32,000 nucleotides of DNA from Candidatus Kuenenia stuttgartensis (GCF_900232105.1 NZ_LT934425.1:2610001-2642000), one strand, 5' to 3'; shown: positions 1-9,404, counted from the stretch's first letter. Translations and numbers: made by a program. Notes: generated from the sequence alone by a model not told the origin.

Positions 1-1620
1 TTACCTCTTCAGATTTTTTATATTTTCCATAACTTCATCGGCATCTGGCGCTTCGGGATTAAGCTTTAAGTAGGTTACATAATCTTTTAATGCTTTTTCT
101 TTACATGCTAAATCGCGGTGAGTATTTGCACGATGAAGATATGCAAGGGGATTGTAAGGAAAGAGTTCTATGGAGGTATTAAGATCCGAAATGGCTTCAG
201 AAGGCATTCCTAATATTTTTTTTACAAGTGCACGTTCATAATAAACACCTGCAAGCATTGGTTTCAATGCTATCATTTTGTTAAAATCTTCAAGAGATTC
301 CCTGAAACGCCCGCTTCCGCGATACGCCTTTGCCCTTATGTAATATGCAAAGGCATTTTCAGGAACAGATTCAATAAAGGTAGTTATGTCCTGTATCGCC
401 TCTTCGTAACGCATTGCATCGGCATGAAGGATGCTTCTTTTCATGTAAATATCTACATTGCCCGGATCAAGTTCCAATGCCTTATTAAAATCGTTTAACG
501 CCTTTTCCGGTTCATTTGATTCGGCGTATGCCAGTCCCCTCGCTGCGTAAGCAGGGGCATATGCCGGATCAAAAGTTATCACCATGCTTAAATCGTGTAT
601 TGTTGATTCTATTTGTCCAATTAAATAGAATGCGATGCCTCTGTTATAATACGCCAATTTTGAGCCGGGGTCTAATGATATTGCCTTGTTATAATCCATT
701 ATGGCAGTATCAATATTTTCCATTTTGGCGTGATATGACCCCCGGTTATAATACGTCGACGCATAATCCGGATTCAAATCAACCGCCCTGTTATAGTCTG
801 CTATTGCCAGTTCATTATTGCCAAGTTTTTCGTGGAGTACGCCCCTGTCACAAAAAGCAACTGCATCGGTATCGCGCAATGCCATAGCTTTGTTCACGTC
901 GTGTAATGCATCTTTTAAATTGCCTTTTTGTTTTTGAACAAGGGAACGATTTAAATAAACACTGGCAAGCACCTCATCCACGGTAAGGTTTTTTAAATAA
1001 TATCCATTCACAATACTTTTTTCAGAGATAGCCTTTCCTGGAACGTTTATGTAATAACGATCCGGTATGGAAAGTCCGTTATAACCTGTCTCTATGTTTA
1101 TTTTATAACTTCCGTCATCATATCGCACAAACATATGTTCCGGCACACTTACTCCATATACCGGCAATTGAAGATTCTCTGCTATGCAAAGATACAGGAG
1201 AGATAATCCTACACAGTTTCCAATTTTATTGTCCAATACCTTATTTAGAAATATATATTCAATATCCCCCTTTTGTGTATATTTAAACCCGAATGTATCA
1301 AAAAGAATAGCATTTATCGTACTGATGATATACTCCGGCGTTTTATTTTTTCCTACAGATGTTTTTATGCTTTCACATATTTCATCTAATTGTTGAAGGT
1401 AATGTGTTTTGTCTATTCCCTGGCAGGATTCCGAGGCAATGTCAAGAATAATGCTTGCAATACCTTTTTTCTCCGGTTCGATTTCCCATACATGGTTAGG
1501 AATATGGTCATCTGCTGATACGTGAAAAGCAACGTTTCCCTTATCCGTAAAAAAGAAACCCTCATAGATTGCACAAAGAAGAAAACAAAGTAGCAGGGCT
1601 TTTTTAACGCTATGTTCCAT
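1..1620 (-). CDS. Transglutaminase-like core + TPR-repeat protein (SirB1/YchA-like architecture), signal-anchored
   Basis: ORF 1..1656, stop TAA at 1-3. Hydrophobic N-terminus MEHSVKKALLLCFLLCAIY. Cys/His core-like segment GNCVGLSLLYLCIAENLQLPVYGVSVPEHMFVRY. C-terminal two thirds is made of many TPR-like units (A..dYnrAi.ldP..a.aYynRG). The ATG at 1620 is preferred because it lies 2 nt from the upstream stop at 1623; 1656 is the alternative. Confidence 0.75.
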   Translation of the reverse strand: MEHSVKKALLLCFLLCAIYEGFFFTDKGNVAFHVSADDHIPNHVWEIEPEKKGIASIILDIASESCQGIDKTHYLQQLDEICESIKTSVGKNKTPEYIISTINAILFDTFGFKYTQKGDIEYIFLNKVLDNKIGNCVGLSLLYLCIAENLQLPVYGVSVPEHMFVRYDDGSYKINIETGYNGLSIPDRYYINVPGKAISEKSIVNGYYLKNLTVDEVLASVYLNRSLVQKQKGNLKDALHDVNKAMALRDTDAVAFCDRGVLHEKLGNNELAIADYNRAVDLNPDYASTYYNRGSYHAKMENIDTAIMDYNKAISLDPGSKLAYYNRGIAFYLIGQIESTIHDLSMVITFDPAYAPAYAARGLAYAESNEPEKALNDFNKALELDPGNVDIYMKRSILHADAMRYEEAIQDITTFIESVPENAFAYYIRAKAYRGSGRFRESLEDFNKMIALKPMLAGVYYERALVKKILGMPSEAISDLNTSIELFPYNPLAYLHRANTHRDLACKEKALKDYVTYLKLNPEAPDADEVMENIKNLKR

Positions 1621-1622
1621 AA

Positions 1623-3026
1623 TCAATAGGCATGTTTGTTGATAAAGCCGCGCCATAATGTAAGCCAGATAATCTTCAAATCAAATTTCATCGACCAATG
1701 TTCAATGTAGTATAGGTCGTATTTTATACGTTTTTCAAGGGACGTATTGCCGCGGAAACCGCAAACTTGCGCCCACCCGGTAATCCCCGCCTTCATTTTG
1801 TGCCGTAACATATATTTTGGTGTGGTATTTCTGAAATTCTTTATAAAAACAGGCCTTTCAGGACGCGGTCCGACAATGCTCATATCTCCCCACAACACAT
1901 TAAAAAATTGTGGCAATTCGTCTAAACTTGCCATTCGTAAGAATTTCCCGATTTTCGTACAACGGGGATCGTTTTTCTTTGTCCAGACAGGGCCGGTTTG
2001 TTCCTCCGCATTTATGCACATCGTCCTGAATTTAAGCAGGTTAAAAAGTCTTCCATCCAACCCCATCCTTTCCTGTTTATAGAAGACAGGCCCCTCCGAG
2101 GTGAGTTTTATTACTATTGCTATCGTTAACATAATTGGGGCTGCTACGACCAGCACAATGATGGCAAAAACAACATCCAATGTCCTCTTCAAAATAACAC
2201 TCCACCCGTAAAGTGGAGTATCGCGCAGGCTTATAAGGGGCATGCCCTCAAATTCACTAACATTTCCGCGTAATGTCACAAAATCAAAAAGATCTGGCAA
2301 AACCATGATCGTAACCATTTCATCGCCAATATGCTCTAATACCTCTTTTAATTGGTAATGTGAGTGAAAGGGCAATGTGATAAAAACAATATCAATATTA
2401 TGCCGTGTAATTAAATCACGAATATCAGAAAATTTACCTATAACTTCTATTCCGGAGATTTTTTTGCCGATAATGCTTGCGTCGTCCGACACAAACCCTG
2501 CTACCTGTATGCCCAGTTCCAAATGTTTTCTTAATTTGCCTGTAAGTTCTTGTCCCAGTTTTTCCGTGCCAACAACCAATGCGTACCTTTGGTTAAAACC
2601 TTTGTGCCGTATAAACCGCAAAAACTTTCTGAATATTACCCTTATAAAGCACAGGAATACGATGCTAATAATCCAAAAAAAGAGGAATATTACCCTGGAA
2701 AACTCATCCTGACGGAAAAGAAACGTTAGGGAAATGAGTATTAATGTTGCAAAGGTAGATGCCTTCACAATATCTATAATCTCTGATAATTTAGTAGAAA
2801 CCCGGCGGGGACGATATAAACCAAATGTCTTAAATACAATTCCCCAAAGGGGAATCATAAAAATTAATAAAATGATGTAATTTTTGAGAGGAGGTATACC
2901 CTTATACACAGGGATAATTTCAGCATAACAGCGTAAATAATACGCGGTTATCCATGAAACAGACAAGGCACACCAATCGGCAAGCAACAACAATGATTCA
3001 AAAAATTTGCTGTGTTTTTTTAGCAT
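1623..3026 (-). CDS. Polyprenyl-phosphate glycosylphosphotransferase (WbaP/WcaJ-type initiating sugar transferase)
   Basis: 467 aa with N-terminal TM helices. C-terminal bacterial sugar-transferase signatures: LLKFRTM, SLDELPQFFNVLWGDMSIVGPRPERP, YDLYYIEHWS. Confidence 0.9.
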   Translation of the reverse strand: MLKKHSKFFESLLLLADWCALSVSWITAYYLRCYAEIIPVYKGIPPLKNYIILLIFMIPLWGIVFKTFGLYRPRRVSTKLSEIIDIVKASTFATLILISLTFLFRQDEFSRVIFLFFWIISIVFLCFIRVIFRKFLRFIRHKGFNQRYALVVGTEKLGQELTGKLRKHLELGIQVAGFVSDDASIIGKKISGIEVIGKFSDIRDLITRHNIDIVFITLPFHSHYQLKEVLEHIGDEMVTIMVLPDLFDFVTLRGNVSEFEGMPLISLRDTPLYGWSVILKRTLDVVFAIIVLVVAAPIMLTIAIVIKLTSEGPVFYKQERMGLDGRLFNLLKFRTMCINAEEQTGPVWTKKNDPRCTKIGKFLRMASLDELPQFFNVLWGDMSIVGPRPERPVFIKNFRNTTPKYMLRHKMKAGITGWAQVCGFRGNTSLEKRIKYDLYYIEHWSMKFDLKIIWLTLWRGFINKHAY

Positions 3027-3230
3027 AGGTAAGCACTACACCAAACTACCCTATTTGTTATTTTAAAAAAACACCCGCATTGCATAGAAAAAATTCTCAA
3101 ACCAGCAGGACTTATCTGTAAAAAATCCGTCACGTTACTCTATTGCTTGAGCAAAAAGTTTTAAAAGCAATGGGTTTTGTAAAAAAAACATCTTAATAGT
3201 GCAGCGTATAAATTCAGGCTATTTTGTGTC

Positions 3231-3656
3231 CTATACGTAAACAAGAGCCCCTGTTTTACACGCCTCAACACACGCCATCGTATCGAATCCCTTACAATCA
3301 TCACAATTAAAAGCGTATTTAAGTTCAGTATTTTTGGTAATGGCGCCAAACGGGCAAGCACTTACACACTCCCAGCACCCAACACATTTTGCGGTATCAA
3401 TTACAACATTTCCATCCTCATATTTTGTAATTGCCCCATACTCACAAGAAGCCATACACTTTGGTTTTGCGCAATTCTGGCACACCGTCATATATGGATG
3501 ATCTTTCCGGATAGACACTTGCAAGCGGTACTGCGATTTTGGATTTTCGGTAAAAGCATCATAAAGGTTTCGGGACGATGAATGCCTCACCGCACACTCG
3601 ATCATGCATTGTTTACACGTTACGCATTTGCTTTTTATAAATTTTTTTTTCAGCAT
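3231..3656 (-). CDS. 4Fe-4S ferredoxin-type iron-sulfur protein (multi-cluster)
   Basis: 141 aa with four Cys clusters: CVTCKQCMIEC, CQNCAKPKCMASC, CVGCWECVSACP, CDDCKGFDTMACVEAC. Confidence 0.85.
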   Translation of the reverse strand: MLKKKFIKSKCVTCKQCMIECAVRHSSSRNLYDAFTENPKSQYRLQVSIRKDHPYMTVCQNCAKPKCMASCEYGAITKYEDGNVVIDTAKCVGCWECVSACPFGAITKNTELKYAFNCDDCKGFDTMACVEACKTGALVYV

Positions 3657-3886
3657 AGGTTCATACTCCTGCGTTTGACAAGTTCATTAAACGGTTTCTC
3701 TACAATTTATCTTCATAAATAAGTCAACGTGGGGAGAGCTTCCTGAAACCATGGATTGCTCAGATAAAAATATCAATACTCTGTGAAATCAGTAGCTTCA
3801 ATCTTTTTTAATTGGTGGATAGTTTCTCCTCTCCAGTACAACGAGTATTTTATAATAGAATGATAAAAGCCGCAAACAAAATTCTG

Positions 3887-4300
3887 CTATGGTTGTTTTT
3901 CAGGGTCAACAATAGTAGGAGCGACTATCTTCTTCAGACCAGCCCCTTTAGCGGCATCCATTACGTCAATGACAAGTCCGTAGGGAACATTTTTGTCCAC
4001 CCGCAAAACAAGGGTCTTTTCCGTTTGTTGAGAAAAAGCCTTCTTCAATACCTGTATAAGTACTTTTCTTTCAACAGGTTCATTCTGGAAAAATAACCTT
4101 CCGTCACGGGAAATATTTAATACTTGTTCATCTACTTTGCTGGTTGGTGTGTGTTTTGTCGTGGGAAGTTCCAGTTGAATATTTGGCTGATCGATAAAGG
4201 TTGAGGTAACCAGAAAGAATAATAGGATAATGAACAACATATCCACCAATGGAGTAAGATTAATAAATGATTTTGAAGGAGTTTTTTCTCTGAATCTCAT
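3887..4300 (-). CDS. exbD: ExbD/TolR biopolymer transport protein
   Basis: 137 aa. Typical N-terminal segment INLTPLVDMLFIILLFFLVTSTF followed by a periplasmic domain (LVLRVDKNVPYGLVIDVMDAAKGAG). Confidence 0.9.
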   Translation of the reverse strand: MRFREKTPSKSFINLTPLVDMLFIILLFFLVTSTFIDQPNIQLELPTTKHTPTSKVDEQVLNISRDGRLFFQNEPVERKVLIQVLKKAFSQQTEKTLVLRVDKNVPYGLVIDVMDAAKGAGLKKIVAPTIVDPEKQP

Positions 4301-4319
4301 TGTTTAATTACCAAATTTC

Positions 4320-4466
4320 TACGGGTTAGGGTTTGTAACCCGAAGCCCACATGTTTTCTATGGTTGATTTCTCTATCGCTCGCATAGAGTGTTATTAACT
4401 AAATTGTAGAGACGTATTGCAATGTGTCTCTACCCTTGTTCAGATTTTAAGCCCTAACCGTCGGAG
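4320..4466. repeat. Composite palindromic (MITE-like) element containing a GTAGAGAC...GTCTCTAC hairpin
   Basis: Outer inverted copies acgggttagggt (4321-) and gccctaaccgt (4450-). Local hairpin cgggtta/taacccg. Central 28-nt hairpin gtagagacgtattgcaatgtgtctctac at 4406-4433, with two G-U wobble positions on the + strand. Confidence 0.6.
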
Positions 4467-4496
4467 TGCGCTGTCGCTTCTCTCACCTTAAATAAC

Positions 4497-4658
4497 TCAA
4501 ATTTTGGCTTTTTTCTCTTGAACTCGTTTCAAACAAGATGGGCTTTCGGATGCTTTTTTATACCATAGAGCGCGCTTATTCGATGCCTTTATTTCCTTAA
4601 AACCTTCTTCTTCCAGATGTTTTTTAATAGCATTTTCTTTTAATATTCTTTCAGCCAT
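4497..4658 (-). CDS. Hypothetical small protein (53 aa), overlaps the upstream gene by 19 nt
   Basis: Hand-translated MAERILKENAIKKHLEEEGFKEIKASNKRALWYKKASESPSCLKRVQEKKAKI. Below the ORF-track size cutoff. Its only support is the overlap with 4640..4957. Confidence 0.3.
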   Translation of the reverse strand: MAERILKENAIKKHLEEEGFKEIKASNKRALWYKKASESPSCLKRVQEKKAKI

Positions 4659-4957
4659 TTCTGATACCTTTCTTTGTAAAATTCGAAATTGTCTTTAATA
4701 TCCTTTATTGCCATCGTCAATGCCTGTCCGTTATCGAGGAAATCATACCAGATTTTTCTTGTAACTTTTCCATCTGTATTGAGAATATCTTTATGTGGAC
4801 AGCCGTGTCCACTATCATATCTAAGAATTTCATGCCATTCGCCTTCAAACGCGGACAAAAGCTTTACGACAAATTCTGTAACATATCCCTTTTCTGTTTT
4901 AAAGTGCACATAAACAATAGTTTTTTCTTCCAATTCCAAAAAATATTCTTTATCCAT
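4640..4957 (-). CDS. Hypothetical protein (105 aa), possible toxin/antitoxin-type small accessory gene
   Basis: ORF MDKEYFLELEE...ILRYDSGHGCPHKDIL... No family recognised with confidence. Sits inside the insertion that splits exbB from exbD. Confidence 0.5.
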   Translation of the reverse strand: MDKEYFLELEEKTIVYVHFKTEKGYVTEFVVKLLSAFEGEWHEILRYDSGHGCPHKDILNTDGKVTRKIWYDFLDNGQALTMAIKDIKDNFEFYKERYQKWLKEY

Positions 4958-5033
4958 ATTATCAAAGGAAATATTCCATTATTGAAATAATAATGTCGCA
5001 TTTGTTTAAATCAACAGTGCTTTTCCGCCGCTT

Positions 5034-5056
5034 ATATAGCTTCTTTTCAAAAAACT
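5034..5056. repeat. Solo copy of the TTTTCAAAAAACTAAAGYGTTAC motif (terminal repeat of the MITE-like family)
   Basis: ttttcaaaaaactaaagtgttac, 22 nt from the 3' end of the hicB-like gene. A weaker direct copy (cttttcaaaacaaaattagtttatg) lies at about 5285-5309 on the other side of that gene. Confidence 0.6.
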
Positions 5057-5078
5057 AAAGTGTTACCAGTAAATAGCA

Positions 5079-5273
5079 TCAGGCATTTACCTCTACCTCA
5101 TAAATAGCGCCTTTGTTTTCCTCAGCAAGCATTGTTAAATATGTATGAATTGCATCTTTAATGTTTTCCAGAGCATCTTCTAAAGTATCTCCTTGGCTGT
5201 GGCAGCCATGGTAGATTGGACAATGCACATCATAGCCATATTCACTTTTATGCACCACTACCGGGTATTTCAT
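5079..5273 (-). CDS. HicB-like antitoxin-fold protein (UPF0150), orphan
   Basis: 64 aa: MKYPVVVHKSEYGYDVHCPIYHGCHSQGDTLEDALENIKDAIHTYL. Fits the UPF0150/HicB N-terminal pattern (y.v.fPd.pGC.sqGdT.eEAl.N.keAi). No adjacent hicA could be found. Confidence 0.75.
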   Translation of the reverse strand: MKYPVVVHKSEYGYDVHCPIYHGCHSQGDTLEDALENIKDAIHTYLTMLAEENKGAIYEVEVNA

Positions 5274-5515
5274 TTGTCAGCCCTCTTTTCAAAACAAAAT
5301 TAGTTTATGATTTTACTATTCATCAGGTTTGTTGGCATTGCCATTAACTGGCACACGCGCCAAATACCACTATCCTTTTTTCCAGGATTCGATAATTAAT
5401 GGCAACTTCATAAAATCTATCCTTTTTCTAAAGCTTGTTTTCGATGTATTGTCTTCCTTTAATTCTTTTCTGAAAAGCCCTTTTATTGTAACTCCAAACA
5501 AAAAATATCTTTTCT

Positions 5516-6121
5516 CTATACTTCGGGTGGATAAAGCTTGTTGAGAATAGTGAGGGAATATTCTTCTATTTCACGGACATAACCATCCACCTTCCTGTCA
5601 AAATAATTATATGCAACCAAAGAAGGAATTGCAATGCACAGGCCAAACACCGTTGTACGTATGGCAACCGCCAGGCCTCCGGCAAACGCCTTCGCATGTC
5701 CAAGTCCCAGTTCAGAGATAATGGCGAAGATATCTTCCAGCCCTAATACGGTACCCAGCAACCCCAGCAAGGGAGCGATTGCGGTAATAACCTCCAAAAG
5801 CCAAAGACGCTTTTCAAGCACCCTTGTTTCCTGCCTTCCCATGGCCTGGATATCAATAAACTTTTCTTCCCGCGAGAGGTGGTTATTCGAAAGAATACGC
5901 CGCAAAAGATTCGAAAAAGGGCCTTCTATTACCTCGCATTTTGAGATTGCAAACGGTATGTCTCTCGGGCTCTTTATTGCTTCTATTGTCTGTATTATTT
6001 CAGGTTTGAGTATCTTGTTCTTTCTTAAATTAATTGCCCGCTCCATAATAATTGCGAGTGAAAACACCGAACATACCAATAACGGTATCATTATCGGCCC
6101 TGCTCCCAATAGCCATTCCAA
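5516..6121 (-). CDS. exbB: ExbB/TolQ/MotA-family proton channel
   Basis: 201 aa with three TM segments. Conserved C-terminal core AIAPLLGLLGTVLGL...GGLAVAIRTTVFGLCIAIPSLVAYNYF. Confidence 0.9.
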   Translation of the reverse strand: MEWLLGAGPIMIPLLVCSVFSLAIIMERAINLRKNKILKPEIIQTIEAIKSPRDIPFAISKCEVIEGPFSNLLRRILSNNHLSREEKFIDIQAMGRQETRVLEKRLWLLEVITAIAPLLGLLGTVLGLEDIFAIISELGLGHAKAFAGGLAVAIRTTVFGLCIAIPSLVAYNYFDRKVDGYVREIEEYSLTILNKLYPPEV

Positions 6122-6157
6122 ATTACTATTCCTCCTGTTATGTATTTTTCTGAATAA

Positions 6158-7606
6158 TTAGAAAAAATAAAAATTAAACTTTACATTAATAGATGATTCC
6201 TTAATGTGTGAGGGAAAGGGGTCCAGCGGAGAAGCACTCTTAATAGAAGAAACAATACGCGAGGCAAGTTGAAAATTACCCGCATCCTCCACAATTTTTA
6301 CCCCTTCAATAGCACCATTTGGCAACACTTTGAATTCAATAATAATCGGCTTGTCTTTGTTCGTCACCAGGTTAATCTCTGCCCGTGTGCCATATCCCAG
6401 AAACCAATACAATGATATTCTCTGCCGGATATGTTTAAAATATGCTGCATACTTGTGTTGTTTAACGTTAAAAGACGGCGCCCCTGGAATTTCTGCATTA
6501 GACAGCGTATCTTCAAACAACACCGGATCATTGCCGGAGCCTTCATCCTTGGCAGCAACATTAAAGGAGGCCTTGGGCTGCTCCTTTTCAGCTACAACCT
6601 TCTGGCTTTCCCCGGTGGTTTCTCTTTTATTTTGCTGTGTAACACCGTATGTTCCTGCTGGCGGTGTAGTTACATGGTCTTTTCTCTCTTTTCCAGTTTC
6701 TTTCGTTATTTCACTTTTCCTTATGCCTTGCAATTCTTGCGGCTCTGGTAACAACTCGCCTTTTTCCACCTTTGACGCATTTTTAATATTCCTTGTTTCT
6801 TCCAGAACATGTATCCCCTCCTGGCGGGAAATTTTCTCGGGGAATCTTTCCTGCCTAACGCCGGCTTCTGCCGCTAACGTTTGTTTCTGCAGTTCTTTTC
6901 CATCGGTATCCGTCAGGGTAGTGGTTTTATCGGTTTCATCTGCCTTTCCCGCGGAGGGCACTCTTTTGTATTCTTTTACGTCAACCCTTTCCTGCTGCAT
7001 ACCTATGGAGTCAATTTGTTCTTTCTGAGGAGCTGGATTTTTTTCTGTCTGCCGAGATTCCTTGGCAGCATTGTTTTCTGCAACTCTCTCTTCCTTACTG
7101 CCAGGCTTTTCAACCGTTTTCTGCGCCTGGTTTTGCCGCTGGTCTTCAATGGAAATGCCCTGTTCGCCTTTTCCCAGCAAAGGAACCTTTGACTGTCCGC
7201 CTGCGTATGGTTCGTTGTTAAGCACACTTGTGTCATCCGGGTTTTTGCCTTTTGCGGAAGCCCCTTTTTCACCAATCCTGTCTGTTTCGGCGGAGGGTTC
7301 CTCTTCTTCTTTGTTTTGGGAAGTATCCGTAAACGTCTTATCCTTCTTCTCCTTTTCTAATAGGCTTTTTTCCTTCGATACTTCAGAAGCCGTGAGTTCT
7401 TTTTTATCGTCCTTACTTTCCAGGTCAAATGTAATTGTGAATTCATCCGGTTCACGCACAAAACTATCTCTGAGCGATCTGATGCTTAATAACTGATTTC
7501 CCTGAGGAGAAAAGAAAAAAAAAAGGCCATGGATTGCTACAGAAACAATAATAAGGAGGGCAAACAGGTATCTTTTATAAAAATCGGAAAGGTGTTTAAT
7601 GAACAT
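6158..7606 (-). CDS. TonB/TolA-family energy transducer with a long charged linker
   Basis: 482 aa. N-terminal TM anchor (YLFALLIIVSVAIHGLFFFF), then a linker of about 330 aa rich in E/K/Q/T. C-terminal TonB_C/TolA-like domain (YAAYFKHIRQRISLYW...IIIEFKVLPNGAIEGVKIVEDAGNFQLASRIVSSIKSASPLDPFP). Lies immediately upstream of exbB. Confidence 0.65.
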   Translation of the reverse strand: MFIKHLSDFYKRYLFALLIIVSVAIHGLFFFFSPQGNQLLSIRSLRDSFVREPDEFTITFDLESKDDKKELTASEVSKEKSLLEKEKKDKTFTDTSQNKEEEEPSAETDRIGEKGASAKGKNPDDTSVLNNEPYAGGQSKVPLLGKGEQGISIEDQRQNQAQKTVEKPGSKEERVAENNAAKESRQTEKNPAPQKEQIDSIGMQQERVDVKEYKRVPSAGKADETDKTTTLTDTDGKELQKQTLAAEAGVRQERFPEKISRQEGIHVLEETRNIKNASKVEKGELLPEPQELQGIRKSEITKETGKERKDHVTTPPAGTYGVTQQNKRETTGESQKVVAEKEQPKASFNVAAKDEGSGNDPVLFEDTLSNAEIPGAPSFNVKQHKYAAYFKHIRQRISLYWFLGYGTRAEINLVTNKDKPIIIEFKVLPNGAIEGVKIVEDAGNFQLASRIVSSIKSASPLDPFPSHIKESSINVKFNFYFF

Positions 7607-7780
7607 ATTATACCGTCACGGGTTAGCCGACAACAGTTTTAACGCAGGTATTAGGAGGAGATATAAAGCATAATAATCGTTTTTTTTATTCGTACTAAAG
7701 TTTAACGCACGCATATTTTCTTGTCAATATAATATAAGAGCCGTCCTTTCTGCGGTAAATAACTATCCTATTGATAATTT

Positions 7781-7933
7781 GTAACATTTTAGTTTTTTGA
7801 AAAAGTAGGGGGCGAAGCATTTGCCGCAAATTGTCATACATGCGTTCATACCCAAAACGGGCAAATGCTTCGTCCCTACACTGTGCGGCAAACATCGCTA
7901 TTATTGGAATTTTTCAAAAAACTAAAGCGTTAC
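7781..7933. mobile_element. MITE-like element (153 bp) with terminal inverted repeats GTAACRYTTTAGTTTTTTGAAAAA
   Basis: Left end gtaacattttagttttttgaaaaa (7781-7804) and right end ttttcaaaaaactaaagcgttac (7911-7933). Inner hairpin gtagggggcgaagcatttgcc (7805-7825) pairs with ggcaaatgcttcgtccctac (7860-7879). A related copy lies at 30063-30273 in the opposite orientation. Confidence 0.7.
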
Positions 7934-8079
7934 GATAATTTTCAAATTTTTTATTGAGAAAACCCCGTAAAGTCCATATAGTTATCCAAATTTGCGAAAA
8001 AGATAAATTACAGGTAGTATGTATTTTTACAAATTGTATGTTTTTAATAAATACAACGTTCAGGAATTTCAATATTCTT

Positions 8080-8166
8080 GTAGAGACGCATTGCATGCGT
8101 CTGGAAACTGCTGCGCGTGAATAAAATGTTGACAAAAACAGAGAGACGCATGCAATGCGTCTCTAC
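8080..8166. repeat. Two GTAGAGACGCA...TGCGTCTCTAC-family hairpins flanking 39 bp
   Basis: gtagagacgcattgcatgcgtct (8080-8102, right arm truncated) and agagacgcatgcaatgcgtctctac (8142-8166). Located 22 nt upstream of the ychF start. Confidence 0.7.
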
Positions 8167-8187
8167 ATTTAAAAATGGGGATAAAAA

Positions 8188-9276
8188 ATGGGTTTAAACT
8201 GTGGTATCGTAGGTTTGCCAAACGTTGGGAAATCTACCATCTTTAATGCGCTAACATCTGCCAAGGCAGCATCTGCAAATTATCCCTTCTGCACAATCGA
8301 CCCCAATGTGGGTGTGGTATCGGTGCCGGATATACGTATGGATAAAATAGCGGAAATAATATCAACGGAAAAAATTGTCCCTACAATAGTTGAATTCGTT
8401 GACATTGCAGGACTGGTAAAAGGGGCAAGCAAGGGCGAGGGACTGGGGAATCAGTTTCTGGGACACATCAAAAACGTAAATGCCCTATTGCATGTAGTGC
8501 GCTGTTTTGAAAAAAGCGATACCATCCATGTGGAAGGTAGTGTTCACCCGGAAAGGGATATCGACATTATTAATACAGAACTGATCCTGGCGGATATTGA
8601 AACGGTAGATAAAAGATTAAACAGGAGCGAAAAACTAGCAAAGACCGGGGACAAAAAAAACCTGGCAACTATTGATGTTCTGAAAAAGGTTAAAAACTCC
8701 CTGAACAATGGCGTACCGGTACGGTTATTGTGTTTGACCGATGAGGAAAAAGCCGACATTGCAGACCTGCATTTAATCACGTCGAAACCCGTATTATATG
8801 TGGCAAATATCTTTGACATAGAACAGGACAAAAAATACATCGACACCATTACCGGGTTTTCAAAAAAAGAAAACTCCGGGTTTGTCGTCATTTCCGGAGA
8901 TATCGAATCTGAAATTGCGCAAATGGAACCTTCTGAAAGGAAGGCGTATTACGAAGAAATGGGGCTGCAGGAATCGGGACTCGAAAAGCTTATCCGGGAA
9001 ACATACCAATTACTGGGATTGATTACCTATTTTACCGCCGGGCCAAAGGAAATAAGGGCATGGACTATCCTTCAAGGCACAAAAGCGCCTCAGGCGGCAG
9101 GGGTAATCCACTCGGATTTCGAGCGGGGTTTTATCCGTGCGGAAATTTATAATTATAACGATCTTATCACCCTGGGTTCTGAACAAAAGATAAAAGAAAA
9201 AGGGCTTTTGCGGCTGGAAGGCAAAGACTACGTCATGAAAGACGGCGATATCGTTCATTTCAGATTTAATGTGTAA
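8188..9276 (+). CDS. ychF: Ribosome-binding ATPase YchF (Obg/OLA1 family)
   Basis: 362 aa. GIVGLPNVGKSTIFNAL P-loop, DIAGLVKGASKGEGLGNQFL, and C-terminal TGS-like FERGFIRAEIY...GKDYVMKDGDIVHFRFNV. Confidence 0.95.
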   Translation: MGLNCGIVGLPNVGKSTIFNALTSAKAASANYPFCTIDPNVGVVSVPDIRMDKIAEIISTEKIVPTIVEFVDIAGLVKGASKGEGLGNQFLGHIKNVNALLHVVRCFEKSDTIHVEGSVHPERDIDIINTELILADIETVDKRLNRSEKLAKTGDKKNLATIDVLKKVKNSLNNGVPVRLLCLTDEEKADIADLHLITSKPVLYVANIFDIEQDKKYIDTITGFSKKENSGFVVISGDIESEIAQMEPSERKAYYEEMGLQESGLEKLIRETYQLLGLITYFTAGPKEIRAWTILQGTKAPQAAGVIHSDFERGFIRAEIYNYNDLITLGSEQKIKEKGLLRLEGKDYVMKDGDIVHFRFNV

Positions 9277-9297
9277 CCTTTTTACCACCCATCATCT

Positions 9298-9315
9298 CCC
9301 CTCTAAAAAGAGGGG
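9298..9315. terminator. Possible bidirectional terminator hairpin between convergent ychF and pyrE
   Basis: cccctc-taaaaa-gagggg, a 6-bp GC stem between the ychF stop (9276) and the pyrE stop (9405). The U-tract is weak (caatttttcg further on). Confidence 0.3.
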
Positions 9316-9404
9316 CCGGGGGGTGTGTCAATTTTTCGAAAACCTTATTTGTCTGACTATATTTATAATGAGAGGGTGCCGGCTTATGCTGGGGAGAGAT
9401 AGGG

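Noticed and set aside
1621-1656. Start of the TPR/transglutaminase gene at 1656
   Set aside because: It would overlap the upstream gene's 3' end by 34 nt and add MARLYQQTCLLI before an obvious signal peptide. The ATG at 1620 is preferred, but this remains unproven.
6330-7496. Several 100-230-aa ORFs overlapping the tonB-like gene on both strands
   Set aside because: These are antisense or out-of-frame shadows of a long low-complexity coding region, with no motifs.
3887-7606. MotA/ExbB-ExbD genes as a Zorya-type defence system or flagellar stator
   Set aside because: They are preceded by a TonB/TolA-like C-terminal-domain protein. There is no ZorC/ZorD-like large gene or helicase adjacent. 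An ordinary TonB-ExbB-ExbD energy-transduction set, interrupted by an insertion, explains them.
7695-8135. 66-aa and 73-aa minus-strand ORFs
   Set aside because: They are composed of the MITE-like element and hairpin repeats; translations of palindromes are not genes.
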